The position numbers were made by a program, and so were the translations under genes. A stretch of 64,000 bases of DNA from Vicugna vicugna. Lineage: Eukaryota. Positions 51,171 through 64,000 of the stretch are shown piece after piece. The notes beneath the pieces are model-generated. The model saw nothing but the letters and a program-made list of their open reading frames with translations, was not told the DNA's origin and ran no database searches. Numbering within the stretch: position 1 is the first letter of the stretch; every line of letters begins with the position of its first letter. The DNA lies in contig MU058384.1 of assembly GCA_013265495.1 (NCBI GenBank), positions 2,295,690 through 2,359,689 of the forward strand, written 5' to 3'.

Positions 51171-54049
51171 CTCGTATACTCGTAGGAGAAGGACCCAGCA
51201 GACTGAGGGCTGTCCCCTTGCTGTGGCTGGCTCTGAAGCATGGCCTTGCTGTGACAGTGACAGTGGTTTTTGTACACACTGGGCACACCTGGGAATATCC
51301 CCTAATTTTTAGACTGTGTGCACTTTTTGATAGGCAATCAATTATATGAAAAAAAATTCAATAGTACTTTAAAAAATAGGAAGTTCATTCTACTTATGTT
51401 TTCTTTTACATTTGAGATATTTCACAAGATAAGCTACCAGATGTATTGGGAATGTAATTAATGTGTGCTATTCTCCACTATCCTTACAGTGTTTGCATTT
51501 TCTTGCTTTCATCCTTCTGGGATGGACTTAAACTTTGATTTTTCTACAGAACTAAATTGGAAGATTATGATACATACTTTATCTATCTAGGTAGCTCTGA
51601 ACTTTGCTGTATTTGATTTGTGTACTGTCGGTAGTGTAGTGAATCCTTCTCAACAATCTCTTTATTTAGGATCAATCTTCCTCAGATTCCTTAACTCTGG
51701 TGTTACTATATCAGCAGTGACTCTGGGAAAAAACAGTAGAGGATGCTCCTGATGGTGGCCTGGTCTGTCCGACCCTTCCCCTCAGACGAGCTCCTTGGGA
51801 GGTTAGGCCGGAAGGGCTGCTCTTACAGTGGTGTCCCCTCCCTTATGCATCTCTCCTCCTCAGCTGTGGCTTGTCTGTAGAGCCTGCTGGAATTGTCCTT
51901 AGGTCTCCCACCTCTGATCCCCACTTCTGCTCTAAATACCCAGCACATTAGATGGTATTTGAGAATCTGAGTGACTCACAGGGTCGTGAAGGGCGGGAGG
52001 AACTTGGGAGATGCACCAACTTGTCTCAGGCCTCTGTAGCTGCTCCCCGACTCAGACGCTAGTCGGCTTTGCTTTGCATGCTGGAGCGCTGATCGGCAGT
52101 ATTATTACATGTTTTTTTAAATTCTAGAATCCTCTCCCTCACAGTTCAAAAGTGTGTCTGTCTAATGTCAGAGGTTTGCATTTCATCATGCTTTCTGAGT
52201 AGCATTATAGACAAAAAGAGAGATACTTCTCTTTCCATTTTCCCATTAGCATTTGTAGTAAAATTGTTTAAATTAATTCTTCTTTAATTTTTATTGACCT
52301 CTTTTCTAGAACTGATGTAGAGTTTAGCTTTTTGAATAAGTCATATTCTACCGTGATAGTGACAGACTCCTTTGTGAAGTTACGTTTTTAACCCCTTGCT
52401 CTTCTTAAAATAATCGACTCAGTTACTACATTTTGCTAACATTAAATTAAATTCTTTTGAGGGGATCATGAGTCTCCGCATAAACCCTTTCTACTCTGTT
52501 GCTTTTGTTATGACCTTCTCAGATGTTGGTCTGGTTGATAAACTGTTTCAGATCATTTAGGTCATGAAATACTTTCTTCTTTCTTCAAAAAACCCAAAAG
52601 TTTTACCTCAGTTCTGGGCCTGTGGTGATAATTTCCTTTGTGTATGTTTTCTTTCAAGCTCTTCTTTCTCTTCACCTAAATCTGAAGGATTCTTTTCTTT
52701 GCATCTTAAATGTTGTCTCATCTTTCTTGGCAGGCACTACAGAGTATCTTGTTTTTTGTTTTTTTGGTTTTTTTTTTTAATACAGTTTAAAAACTTGACC
52801 ATTAGGTTATGGTTGTTTTCATTGCTTTTGTTTGTTTGAGTGGCTTTAACTTGAAGATTGCTTCTTACTGATTTATATAGTGGTGTCCTTCAATTGTTAG
52901 AAATTAAAAAGAGTATTCCTGTGATTTTGGTTCATATTGTTTAGTTTCTCCAATCTTTCCACTCTCTCTGATTTTCTTGGCCCATGGATTTCTCTTGCAC
53001 TGTTATCATCCACTTGTACACATTGTACTATTTTCAGACCAGTTAATTCTCTGGAGTGGGATATGGTTTTGATTTTTGTCAGCTCATTTATAGCTTTAGT
53101 TTCTTTCTGAAGAAATAGTTCTTAAACTCTTTGGAATAATGGACTCTTTTCTGGGCTTGAGCACAATGACTGATGAGTGTCCTACAGAAAGACTGTGGGC
53201 CCCTTCCCTTCCCTAGAAAAAGGGGAATGCATGATTTCAGAGCTTCGTGGAGAGCATCCTTGGACTTACATGCACTGTTTGAACTTGCTTTTCCACTTAA
53301 ACACATATTGCAGGTGTCTTTGGCAGGCCTTTTAATTAGGTGGAAATGGTGAGTAGGAAAAGCAGCAGCGAATCAGTCCCTCCTGTAACTGCTGGAGTTT
53401 GTGAATTTTGTTCTACTTCTAATTAAACTAGGTTTTAATGATCACGTTAAGTCTTCTGTTTTTCCTCTATAAATAGGCACTTATCTTGGGGAGATGTCAA
53501 TGGACCGTTTGGGATTTCCACATTTTTCATTTTATTATTTTAAGTAACCTGCGCCCTCCTCTCTCTCCCCCCTCGTAGAAGTGGACAGTGCAGAGGAAGT
53601 GGGAGGAGCCCTGACACCCAGGCCCAGGAGGCTTGGCAATGACTCAGGAAACGAGAGGGTCATGACATACGAACATTTGTAGGTGATGGTTTATGTGTTT
53701 CTTTAATAACTTATTTTTTTAAATGCCCCCTCAGGTTTATTGAGATATAATTGACATATGACATTGTGCATGTGCATTTTTAGTACCAAGCTTACAAATT
53801 TGATTTAGCAAACACTTACTGCTAGCTCTGCCAGGTGTCAGGCTGGTCCTCCTGTTTGGTCTCCATGTAACTGGAGGGGGACCTCTTCCGGGCAGATTGC
53901 TCTGTGCAGGTCATCATTTCTTTCATACCGAAGTGTTTGAGACGAGCATAAAATTCTGTCAAGGTGCAATAAAGAAGGAAAAACATTCTTCCCCACCTTA
54001 ATGGTGTTTCTATATTTCCCTTTATACCTTCCCTCTTCTGAATATTATA

Positions 54050-54330
54050 GGTAAATATTTTTAAACAAACTCTATTCAGGTACATTTTATGTATCACCCA
54101 TTTCCAGTGAACAATTTTCAGTAATTTTAAATAACTTTACCAATTGGTAAAGCTATCATCACCAGTTTTGGAACATTCCCCCCCCTCGCCACCCCAGTAA
54201 GATCCCTAATGGCCGTTTACAGTTGGCTCTTAGTCCCATTTCTAGGCCCAGACAACCACTCATCTACCCTTGGTCTCTGTACAGTTGCCTTTCCTGAATA
54301 TTTCATCTCAATACCATAAGTGGTTTCTGA
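54050..54330 (-). mobile_element. Old L1 3' end fragment, followed by a short younger L1 tail at about 54350-54410
   Basis: aactttaccaattgg...gttttggaacattcc...ccagacaaccactcatctaccc...ttgcctttcctgaatatttcat. Confidence 0.7.
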
Positions 54331-57300
54331 GCCTGCCTGCCTGCCTTCATTTATTTATTATTGAGGTACAGTTGATTTACAATATTATATTAATTTCAGC
54401 TGTACAATAGTTAAAATTTTAAAAAATGGTTTTCATTACTGGTTATCAAGATATCCTGCACCTCTCTGGTCGTATTAAGCAGGTGAGTGGTTTTTCTGCA
54501 GTGATCTAAACAGCTAGTCAGAAAATTGTATTTTCAATCAGTGTCGTGCTCCCAGCTTGGTATAGTTGTTGTTTGAAAAGTGCTTCCTCTTCTGAATAGG
54601 ATGGGACCTGAACACAAGTACTAATGAGGGTGCTAAGAGTTCCCGGAATGTTCTCAGTCATTCAAGACTGTGCTGTCAGCCAGGTTTTCACTGTGTGTCG
54701 GAACCAGTTGGAGGAGGTTTGTCAGAGCCGACGTGCCTGAGCACCACTCTCGTGCCAGGGAATCCGGAGCAGGGGTCGGGGCCCGGGCATGCAGCCCTCA
54801 GCAGAATCTCCTTGGGTGGCTGATGCACAGTCTTGATTAGGAAGTCCTGATAGAACAGGTGTTCCTTCTCTAGCATTACTGAGACTGTTTGCATGGCTTT
54901 GCCCTTCAGGAAGAATTCTCCATTATATATTTCTGTAAATTAATGCATATTAAATAGTAGCAGACAAAATCGTACCCATATGAAAGTATCCATATATCCT
55001 CAACTGATGCATTTGCTAATGGGTGTTTTCTATTTTTGAAACTTCTCATTCACTTGTCCGCTGTGTATCTACAGGGTTTTAGTCAAAACCCAAGAGTGGG
55101 CACACACAAAGAAGCTTCATTGGAAACGTTTGGTGGGCAGTCAGCACTGCAGTGTAACAGCCTCAGATGTGAGCATGAAGCTGTCATCACCGTGCTGTTC
55201 ACTCTCGGTGCCTTCCTGGGCTCATGGCAGGTTGAATAGCATCAGACTGTGTTGGGATCAGGTGGGAGCGGGGAGCACATCTTTCCGTGCTCAGCCCGTC
55301 CTGCAGAGTAACGTGGAGGCGGTACCTGCCGTTCTGTAGAGTTCCTGACATACTCCGAAGTTTTGTTGAGCTTCGCTAATAGCTGTCTGGTATCTTAATT
55401 TTTTTTTTGTTCTGTTTTTTATTCTCTATTTGTTTCACAAGCATGACTTTCTCTTCTTAACTGTTGTCAACATGGCAGACTTACGTCCTGGAGAACAGAG
55501 TTCCTCCATGAGCAAATAAATAGTGGAGGGAGGGAGGAAGGAATAGATTAAGAGATGGAGGAATGAATGAAAGGTGAACTTGACATCTCTGAATGGAGAG
55601 GGTGGCTTGTGGATGGTCGGGGTTGGGAGAAAGAGAAAAAGACAGGGGGAGACAACTGACTGATTCACCTTCCCAGTGAGTCTGGGAGGTAAACGGATTT
55701 CATGGGGGGCAGGGTAGGGGTGGGTTGTGGTTTATCTTGTTCCCTGTGAAGTTCTTGCAACTGACTTGACTTCACAGACATGTTGCCTCTGCCTCTTCCC
55801 ACTTATGGAAAAGATCTCCTCTCCTGCTCTGATTAGCAGCATGTTCCGCCATGTGTAAGTCGCACCCTGGCCATGTGGGCTCCCCTTCTCTCTTCTGTAG
55901 TCTTCCTCCGCTCCCCTGAGTTGCTAGAATATTTGACTTGCCCTCCCCACTTTTGCACTTAATTTCAGTCTCTTTTGATTTGCTTCCTGCTTCATGTGAG
56001 TGAGGTAATTTGTCTTCCCAAACAGGTGGTGACCTTACGAGGTGCAGCGCCGCGTTGTAGGTCACTTCTGCCTCCCTGCTGCCCCTAGGAGAGCAGCACT
56101 GGTGCTTCCTGGTCCTGCCCCGAGCCTCCCAGAGAGCTTGAAGGACCACTTCCTTCTGGCTTGTGGCTTGATGAGTGATGGAGAGATTCACCTCTGCTCC
56201 CCAGACTAGATCCATCCTCAGAACAGTGACTGGTGTGGCTGGAGTTCATTGTGTCTCTTTGACCTGGTTCTAGCTGACAAGATTGTTTTTCCTGAAAAGT
56301 TGCCTCCCATTACTGTAGTCTTGGTGGGAGGGGAGGGGAATGTAGATTGATTTCACAAATTCCAAAGATCTAGCAAGACCTGTTCTGGGCCCCTCGCCTC
56401 AGTCTCAGATTGTCAGGTGGGCCCTGTAGTCTGGTTTGGCCTGACTTGCAGGGGCAGCCCTGCACTTGCTAAACATTGGCCTAAATACTTGCAGTGGCAA
56501 GTGCACTGAATGGACTTTCTCCTCTCCTCTGCACTCTTCCCCCTTCTCTCTGTCTCTCCTTCCCTTTCTTTGTCCCTCCATCCCTCCCTCCCACCCCCAA
56601 CTTCCTCACTAGAGGAGCTGTAATGTCAGGAATCAGCCTGTGCTGCTCTCACTGTAAGTTCTGCTGCTCAGCAGAGTGAGTAGTCTCCTTGAATTTACTG
56701 TTGTTCACTGACTGGCATCTCAGTGTTCAGGACGTGCGGTGTTGGAGCTGCATGATATATATGAAGTCACAGTTGCAACCTTTTAACCTTCAGTAGCAAC
56801 CACCCGAGAGTAAGAGCCGTGCTGCTCCGCAGAGTCTGCATGTGTTTCAGAAACATCGATGAGAAGTAAAACTTGTGTATGAATTTGTTTGTTATTTGCC
56901 TTGCTTCAAAAAACAGCAAGTCAGACTTTAGGTTTATCATTTCTGGGACTTCAGTGAATTTGATTAGAGCAGATGTTTGGGAATAGAATGTTAAATCTGT
57001 CTCCACGTCAGCGGCGCCACAACCAGGAGTCATAGGTATTGACATAAGTTTGGGTATTGCGCTTTAAGTCAGTGGGCATTCGTTTGAATTTGCATATTCC
57101 TCTTCCTATTATTTTTTAAATTGTATTTATTTATTTACCTACTTACTTAACAGGGCTTGCTTGCTTGGGTTATTTCCATGTAAGAGTGGTTTCTTAAACT
57201 AGGCACTTCCATTCATATATAACTTGCATGTCTTTTTGTAGCTGAAGAAGACTGGGGGTATGTCTGTGAATAAAATCACCATTTTCACCAACAAGATAGC

Positions 57301-57554
57301 TGCACTGACAAGGAGGGGCTGGAAGGCATCATTTTAAAAATATAGTGAGAGGACCGTGCGTGAGCCGCGTGACACCGCAGTCTTTGTCCGGTTGCTGCCT
57401 GGAGGGCTGCTTGGGCTGGAAGGCTCTCCTCCTGGGCGGAGAAGGCATGGGAGGATGGCACTGACCTGGCTCACACCTGCAGCCACCTGGGGGTCCGGGG
57501 TCTCCAGAATGCTGGATGCTGAGGCCTGGGAAGGGATGGGCTTTCTCACTCCCA

Positions 57555-57722
57555 GAACTCTGGAGCTACTCTGTCTGAACTCAAATTCCAGCTCTGCTAC
57601 TTCCCAGCTTTGTGATCTAGAATCTCATATTATTGAAACTGGCTGTGTCTCAGTCTTCTCAGCTGAAAATGCTGATGCAGGTGGTAACTGCCATGTAGGG
57701 TTACTGAGAGGGTTCAGTGGGT
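57555..57722 (+). mobile_element. MIR SINE
   Basis: tcaaattccagctctgctacttcccagctttgtga...tctcagtcttctcagctgaaaatg. Confidence 0.7.
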
Positions 57723-57726
57723 AACT

Positions 57727-58263
57727 TCCATCAGAACAAAGCTGGCCATACAGCAAGCCCTTGCTTCGTGTGTCCTTCAGCTGCACATCCCCAGCAGTGG
57801 TGCCTGAGACACCTGGGTGTTTACTTTCCTCCTGTGATGAGGTCAGAAGTAGGCACTCCAGGGCTGCTGTGGTGGTTTCATGAAGCTGCGTCATCAGGCT
57901 CCAGCATTTCCACTCTTCTGTCTTTACTGTGGGTCTTTGTCACCTCACAGTCACAAGATGGCTGCCTCATCTTCAGCATCGGTCTTGAGTTCCAGGCAGA
58001 AAGAAGAGGAAGAGCGGAGGGTGAGCACCAGCTGCACTGCCTCATCTTACAGAGAAATTTCCCAGCAGCCCCTTCCATCAATTTCCATTAAGATCCTGTT
58101 GGCCAAAATTGTAGCATATGGCCTTATCTATTAGGGAGGAAAGGAAGTGCAGTTATTTTAAATTAGGCACATTATCATCCCCAGCAGTACTGAGGTTGTT
58201 ACTGGTAGGAAGGAAGAAGTGGGAAATGGATATTGGGTGGGCAAACCAGCAGTGTCTGCCACA
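57727..58263 (-). mobile_element. Old MaLR LTR (MLT1J/K-like)
   Basis: cacagtcacaagatggctgc...gagttccaggcagaaagaag...ggatattgggtgggcaaaccagcagtgtctgccaca. Confidence 0.78.
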
Positions 58264-59404
58264 GCACACAATATTACTGTAGAAAGTGTCCTTCAATGTG
58301 GATGTCCCCAGAGATAGGGAACCTTGGAGGAAGGGGGTTTCAGGATCCTGATTAGGGATGAGGGAACTATGCAGACCTTCTGGAGAGTGATTTCTAGAGT
58401 GAAGCGGCAGCACCTGTTTCCGGCCATCCCAGAGTAGAGGCGAGTCCAGCACTGACCCATTCCCATCTTCCTCCTGCTTCTCAGCTTTGCCAGCTCCCCT
58501 CCCATATCACTCTCCAGGGTCTTCAGTGTCCTTATTAGACATTTCCCCTCTATTCTGTTGCCCACAAGTTCCAGGGTGCTTTAGGAGAGCACCTGGAGGC
58601 AGTGGCAGTCTGGTGGCCCCACCAACACCAAAGACAGGATGCAGGGCAGCCCAGTCATCCATCCCCAAAGGGTCGGCAGCGGGCAGGTAGCATGCCTCTG
58701 GGGAATTTCGCAGTGTGCAGCTCTCTGCTTGCTGTACTTTTTCCTCCTCATATCGAATTCTTAGACCTTTATACTTCCTCAGTTTTATTGGCATTCCATT
58801 CCCATGGTGAGTGTTGATGAAATGGAAAAGAGCCTCTGCCTGGATTTGTCAGCAGGGGAAAACTTGGCTCACGCTCTTGGACCCAGGCACAGGTTTCCCC
58901 TCCATGGTGGCCGTCACTGAAGTGACTTGCTCACGATACACGTCAATCAGTGGTTCTGAATTTGGGGAAGGGCATGAGGCCAGATGTCATCCTCTGAAAC
59001 TCCACCTCACTCAGGAATAACAAGAGACTTGCCAGCGTGGGAACAACTACTTAAAACTTAGGCTTAAGCTTTGTTACAAGCTGTTTTATTAATAGCCAGT
59101 ATTTTGGCCAGCATTTTGTTAAAAGCATGATGCCAGCCAACATTTAAGCAGCTTTCCATACCTGTTTGTAGCAGTCTCAGTTTTCCTCTAGAATCTGTAA
59201 ACTTTCCATTAGAGAAAAAAAGGGGGGCGGGCCTGGTGTAGTTTCTAAGGATTTGCTTTAAATCTACCTCTAATTCCATTAGCTCTCAATAGAGAGCCAA
59301 CACAAACACAGTAAAGGACAGGCTTTGTAGTCTGGCTGAAACTCAAGGTGGTATCTCCTGTGCCCTCTCCTTAAAAAAAAGATATTTTTTCCCTTAGTCG
59401 AGTG

Positions 59405-59890
59405 GTTTATTATTATTATTGGTTTTTATTGATGTTTAGTTAATTTACAATGTCAGTTTCAGGTATACAGCAAAGAGATTCAGTTATGCATATACATACA
59501 TATATATTTTTTCAGATTCTTTTTCATTATAGCTTATTACAAGAAATTGACTATAGTTCCCTGTGCTCTACAGTAGGTCCTTGTTGTTTACCTGTTTGTA
59601 TCTATAGCAATGTATATCTGCTAATCCCAAACTCCTAATTTATCCCTCTTCCCTTTTCGCTTTTGGTAGCCATAGTTTGTCTTCTGTGTCTTTGCATCTA
59701 TTTCTGATTTATAAATAAAATTTGTATTTTTCTTTTAGATTCCACATATAAGTGATAACGTGATATTTGTCTTCCTCTGTTTGACTTACTTCACTTAATA
59801 AGATAATCTCTAGGTCCATCTATGTTGCTGCAAATGGCATTTTTTCATTCTTCCGTATGACTGGGTAATATTGCATTCTATGTATATGCC
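59405..59890 (-). mobile_element. L1 3' end (ORF2 tail and 3' UTR), intermediate age
   Basis: tttagattccacatataagtga...acttacttcactta...tccatctatgttgctgcaaatggcat is homologous to 48355-48470, preceded by the shared 3' UTR motifs. Confidence 0.88.
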
Positions 59891-60139
59891 AATAAACATA
59901 GTGGATCAGCAAGGGAAGCTAATTTTTTAAAAGCATATATTTATTTTGTTTAGTGCTATGTAAATTCTGCAAGCCAGCTCATTAAGTACAGGGAAGGTAT
60001 GTTTAAAGTCTACATGTAAAAGGTGGATCCTGCTGTGTCAGACTAGTTAAAAAGGAAGATGATTGAAAGACTAGTGTGTCTATTCAATTATAAATATGTA
60101 TTTCTTGTGTCTGAAACTTTCTATCAGTAAAATGTTCAA

Positions 60140-61040
60140 GCATTACAATTCTCCTTGACCACCCTACACTTTTCATAGTTCCCTCCTCAGAGGTTTCAGT
60201 ATTTTCACTCAGTCACAATATCTTTTCATACTTTTTTTGTGCATTTGTATTTACTTATGGAAATTATCCTTAAAACTGCACATACTATTATAATTTGCTT
60301 TTACAACTTCCTGCTGTTAAGAGAATATTTCCTTTTTAACTGAAATATATTTAACTTGTAACTGTGTAAATTTAAGATGTACAACATGTTAATTTGATAC
60401 ATTTATAGATATTATAATATCATTGCCATTTTAAAGATAATTAGTACCTCTGTGATATGACATAATTATCATTTCTTTTTCAGTAGTTGAAATAATTAAA
60501 TTATAGTCTTTTAGCAAGTTTGATGATCAGAACAACACATCTTTGGGTGGGGAGTGTTTAGCTCAAGTGGTAGAATGCATGCTTAGCATGCTCAAAGTCC
60601 TGGGTTCAATCCCCAGTACCTCCTCTATAAATAAATAAACAAACAAACAAACAAACCTAATTACTCCCCCCCCCAAAAAAAGCAATGCATCTTAAAGATT
60701 GTTACAGACGAGGACATTTATACTTGTCCCGTTTTTATTCACTGCTGCGGAGTATTCTGTGTTGCAGCTGCACCATAGTTTTAGTCATTCCTCTGTGGTT
60801 GGGCATTTATTTAGGTTGTTGCCATCCTTTTTGTTTTGGGGTTCGTTGTTTGGGTATTACAGACTATGACGCAGTTCTTGTAGTTGTCTTCCTGTGCACG
60901 TGTGATGAGTGTTTCTCCAGGATAGATACTGAGAAGTAAAATATTTGAGGCATAGATTGTGGCATCTAACACTTTAGTAGCTACTTCCAAATTGCCTTCT
61001 AAAGTGGCTGTACTAATGTACCCTCCCAGAAGGAATATAC
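60140..61040 (-). mobile_element. Ancient L1ME-like fragment interrupted by an L1MA-like 3' end (about 60330-60530) and a SINE
   Basis: gttgggcatttatttaggttgttgcc, tccaaattgccttctaaagtggctgtactaat; actgtgtaaatttaagatgtacaacatg. Confidence 0.6.
60545..60680 (+). mobile_element. tRNA-derived SINE (vic-1-like)
   Basis: A-box tagctcaagtggtag, B-box ggttcaatcc, (aaac)n cctaattactccccc and A tail. Degenerate TSD aacaacacatctt (60531-60543) / agcaatgcatctt (60681-60693). Confidence 0.93.
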
Positions 61041-61339
61041 AAGAGCTTCAACACACTTTTTATGCGGCATTTTTTTTCTGTATTTTTAAACAGCCTTAAA
61101 TGGTTAGCTTTTGGATACATTTTTATTATATGACATGTTCTGGGGCTACACTTAGTACTCATATGTATTTAATAATGCTTTTAATTTGAAATGATGGTAA
61201 GTATTCAGTTGCTTTTCTCCCACTGAAGCAGCCAGAGTATGCCAAGAAATTGTCACCCTTAACCTTCTCCTTTAGTGAAGCATGTATGTATGAAAAGCAC
61301 TGTTAAAATGCTGTCTGTTCATTGCTATGTGTAATTGGC

Positions 61340-62345
61340 ACTGTGAGTTGCCTAGGAGGCATCCGTCTACTGTATACTTAGTAGCAGAACCTCTTTTTTT
61401 TTCTTCGTCTTCAGAAAGTGACCTCATTTCAGGAGTAAATCATTGAAATACCATTTTCCCTGCCATTTGAGTTGAAGTGTAAGCATATGATGTAGCACTG
61501 GCCCATAAGATATGGCAAGACACCTGCTGAAGGACTTCTGGGAAGAATTTCCTCTTATTTTTGCAAGTTTTTATTTCTCATTGTGACCCCTACAGCACTT
61601 GTCTCCGCCTTTTGATAAGAACAGCATACTAAGGGAGGGCAGAAAGAAACTGGCTCCTTCATCTGCCAGCTCACTTAGGAATGCTCTCAGCTGCAAGTAA
61701 CAGAAATATAGTGAAAGTGGCTTCAACAGGGATTTAATTTCCTCATTTTTCATGGCTCAGCTTCCCAGTGATGTTATCAAGGCTCAGGTTTATCTGCCTT
61801 CCATGTGCTGACTTCCCTTTATGCTTGTTACTTCCTGGTCATAAGACGGCTGTCTCAGCTCTAGGGAGAAGGACCTCCCATTTTCAGAAGCAGACACCTC
61901 TCAGCCGACTGGCTCTTTCCCGTCATGCCCAGCACTGGGGCATGAGGCTGTCTTTACCCCCAAGGCTAACTGGGAAGTCACGTGCTAGATAGGGGGAAAT
62001 GCTGTTCATGATTTACTTATAAGATCAATCATGATTTATCTCCTAATCTCCTAACTTCTATTTATTTATTTATTTTTGGGGGGGAGACCTCCAGCTGAGT
62101 GAAGTGTAGGCATGCACCCCAGGCCTGGAGAGAACCATCACCTCGGGTTCACTGAACCAGTGAGAATCAGCCATGAGTCTTAGGCTGGAGCTATCAAGAG
62201 ATACGAACGAACACAGAGGAGAGTGGAACTGGGAGGAAAGTTTTGCGATCACGTCTTCTGAACTCTCTGTCCCGGGACACGACACTTTCTGCTTGTCTTT
62301 TAAGTTGTGTTTCTAGTATTTGCTACTGAATGCCAAGCCAACATA
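61340..62345. mobile_element. Cluster of old LTR fragments (MLT1-type in both orientations, possibly LTR16/33-like)
   Basis: ggacttctgggaagaatttcctc (+); ctcagctgcaagtaacagaaa...ggtcataagacggctg (-). Structure not fully resolved. Confidence 0.55.
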
Positions 62346-62664
62346 GCCCCCGGACCTAACTTGTCTTTCTTCTCAAGTCTTAGTTGGCTCAAAAATTTGT
62401 TTGGAGCACTTTGAGAGGAGGCGTTGGTAGAATCCTGTGGGGGGCAAACAGCCAACCCCTCTCTTGTTATCCAAGGTGAAGCAGGTGGGGGTGATAAGGG
62501 GGAAGAAAGCTAAGAGTGTCCTGGTAAATCCTCAGGACAAATAGAAGGGAGCAGTGTGGCGAGATGCCAGGAGCCTCTGATACATCCTGCAGCTGAGCGC
62601 ATCTCTCCATAAAAATGGACCGTTCTTGGGGGTGTCGCAGTGGTGGCACTGCAGTAATGGTAGT

Positions 62665-62862
62665 AGTCCTACCAACGGTAGCTGTTGAGAATTGCTGGGT
62701 ACCAGGGGCTGTGCTCAGCATTTTACGTTCGTTATCTTGTTTAATCTTCATGACGCGTCCGAGGTATCACCATTTTATAGAGGGAAGCAAAGTTAAGAAA
62801 CTTGGTCAAGGTCACACTCAGTGGCAGAGGTGGGACTTGAGCCCGGGCAGTCTGATTCTCGG
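62665..62862 (-). mobile_element. MIR SINE
   Basis: tttaatcttcatgac...ccattttatagaggg...aacttggtcaaggtcacac...gacttgagcccgggcagtctga. Confidence 0.8.
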
Positions 62863-63497
62863 ACTGTGTGTCACGCTCGGTGATGTGTTTCCACCTTGCC
62901 CAAGCAGCATGCACTGTGTCCTGCGTTCTTCCTGGCCTGACACTCTGCCACAGTGTTGGTCCCTGGCTCACTCTCCCACCATTCCATGAACCACTTCTCT
63001 TCACTTTGGCCTGGGAAACTCTGCCCCCTTTGAGGCCTACGGAAAATCCACTTTTCTTGATCACTTTATTTGGAAATAACATATTTCTTGGGGATTTTCC
63101 AGCATGTATTGTCTGTATTAGCAATTCTTCATCTTTTTGTGGTTGTACACGCTTTGGATGAGCTCTGTTCTACAGAAAACTGCATATATGCATGTCAGTT
63201 TACATACAGTGTCAGAGGCTCATGAGTATACTGAAAACCACTGTTTCTCTTCACATGCCGAGCATTTTCGAGTTGCTAATAGGGTATGAATGAAATGTTC
63301 CTATCACCTAAGTATCTTTTCTGTGTTTAAGATTTTTTCCTAATGCCCCTGGAAGGAAGGATGGTCTCAATCTTATTCCGAATTTATTTGTATATTATGA
63401 TGTAACTCGCACAGTTCTTCGTTTTGTAAATTGTAGAGAGTTTTTTGTTTTTTGCTTTTTTTTAATGGTAACAGTTGAAGGAGACCCCTCTGCTCTA

Positions 63498-63520
63498 TTT
63501 TTTTTTTTTTTTTTTTTTTT
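63498..63520. repeat. T23 homopolymer
   Basis: Read directly from the sequence. Confidence 0.95.
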
Positions 63521-63972
63521 CAAATCATCCTTTTTCCAAATAGTTTTGGAACAGGAGTTTGTCATCCAGAGTAATGGATCAGGAATTTTCTTTATGGAAT
63601 GTGAACTGAAATAAAATGGAAAGTTAGTAGATACAAAAGTTTCAGTATGGGTAACACGCCTTATCAAATCATTAGGTTTGGGCTACAGACCCATACATAT
63701 CACATTATAACAGTGCCTGTTTTATAGAGAAAGCAGGAATTCTTGGATACGTATTGCATTGAAACATGTATATAAAATTTTCAACTCTACTCTTACAAGT
63801 TTTAGTTGATTTGTGCATTTGGAGCCTGAAAATGAGCTAATTTTTTTAAAAGACCAACTGTTAAAATTCTGTTGCTGGTGTAAATTATAGCTTTTGTGTT
63901 TGGATTGTTGGTGCTCAGATGTAAAAATCTTGAGGCTCCTTTGTTGTTGAAAACTGACCTCCTTTATTCCAG

Positions 63973-64000
63973 AAATTGCTTGGTATGAAAAACATGTCAT
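63973..64000 (+). other. Candidate exon start running off the window end
   Basis: ctgac branch-like motif plus ctcctttattccag acceptor. Two open frames (IAWYEKHV / KLLGMKNMS), in a flank with no recognisable interspersed repeat. Confidence 0.3.

Noticed and set aside
2301..53646. Scattered TGA(C/G)TCA AP-1 sites
   Set aside because: The number seen is about what chance gives for a 7-mer in 64 kb, and they are not clustered.
55772..56215. 147-aa minus-strand ORF and other 60-130 aa ORFs in the track
   Set aside because: No recognisable domains or splice context; many start at non-ATG codons or lie in repeats, consistent with chance.
60545..60617. tRNA gene
   Set aside because: A/B boxes are present, but it has a SINE tail and TSD, and related copies occur at 7.3 and 35.0 kb.

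Overview
Mammalian (eutherian) non-coding genomic DNA, most likely camelid, judging from several tRNA-derived SINEs resembling vic-1 and cetartiodactyl-type LINE-1 3' ends. I cannot recognise any host protein-coding exon. By eye the + strand is T/G-rich, and most L1 fragments lie on the - strand, so the window is probably intronic sequence of a large + strand gene. A few weak candidate exons are listed at low confidence. Much of the window is interspersed repeat: old MIR, L2, L1M, MaLR/ERVL LTRs, hAT and Tigger MITEs, plus young L1s and SINEs with target-site duplications (TSDs). The most informative element is a very young L1 at about 48.0-50.1 kb. It has a twin-priming 5' inversion, both ORF2 halves free of stops, a perfect 16-bp TSD and an apparent 14-nt 3' transduction. 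A near-identical L1 3' end lies 29 kb upstream in the opposite orientation. Almost all ORFs in the supplied track are chance ORFs or repeat-derived. I see no evidence for a new multi-gene biological system; the findings concern retrotransposition mechanics and candidate regulatory or splicing elements. Boundaries of old repeats are approximate, and family names come from recalled consensus motifs, not a database search.
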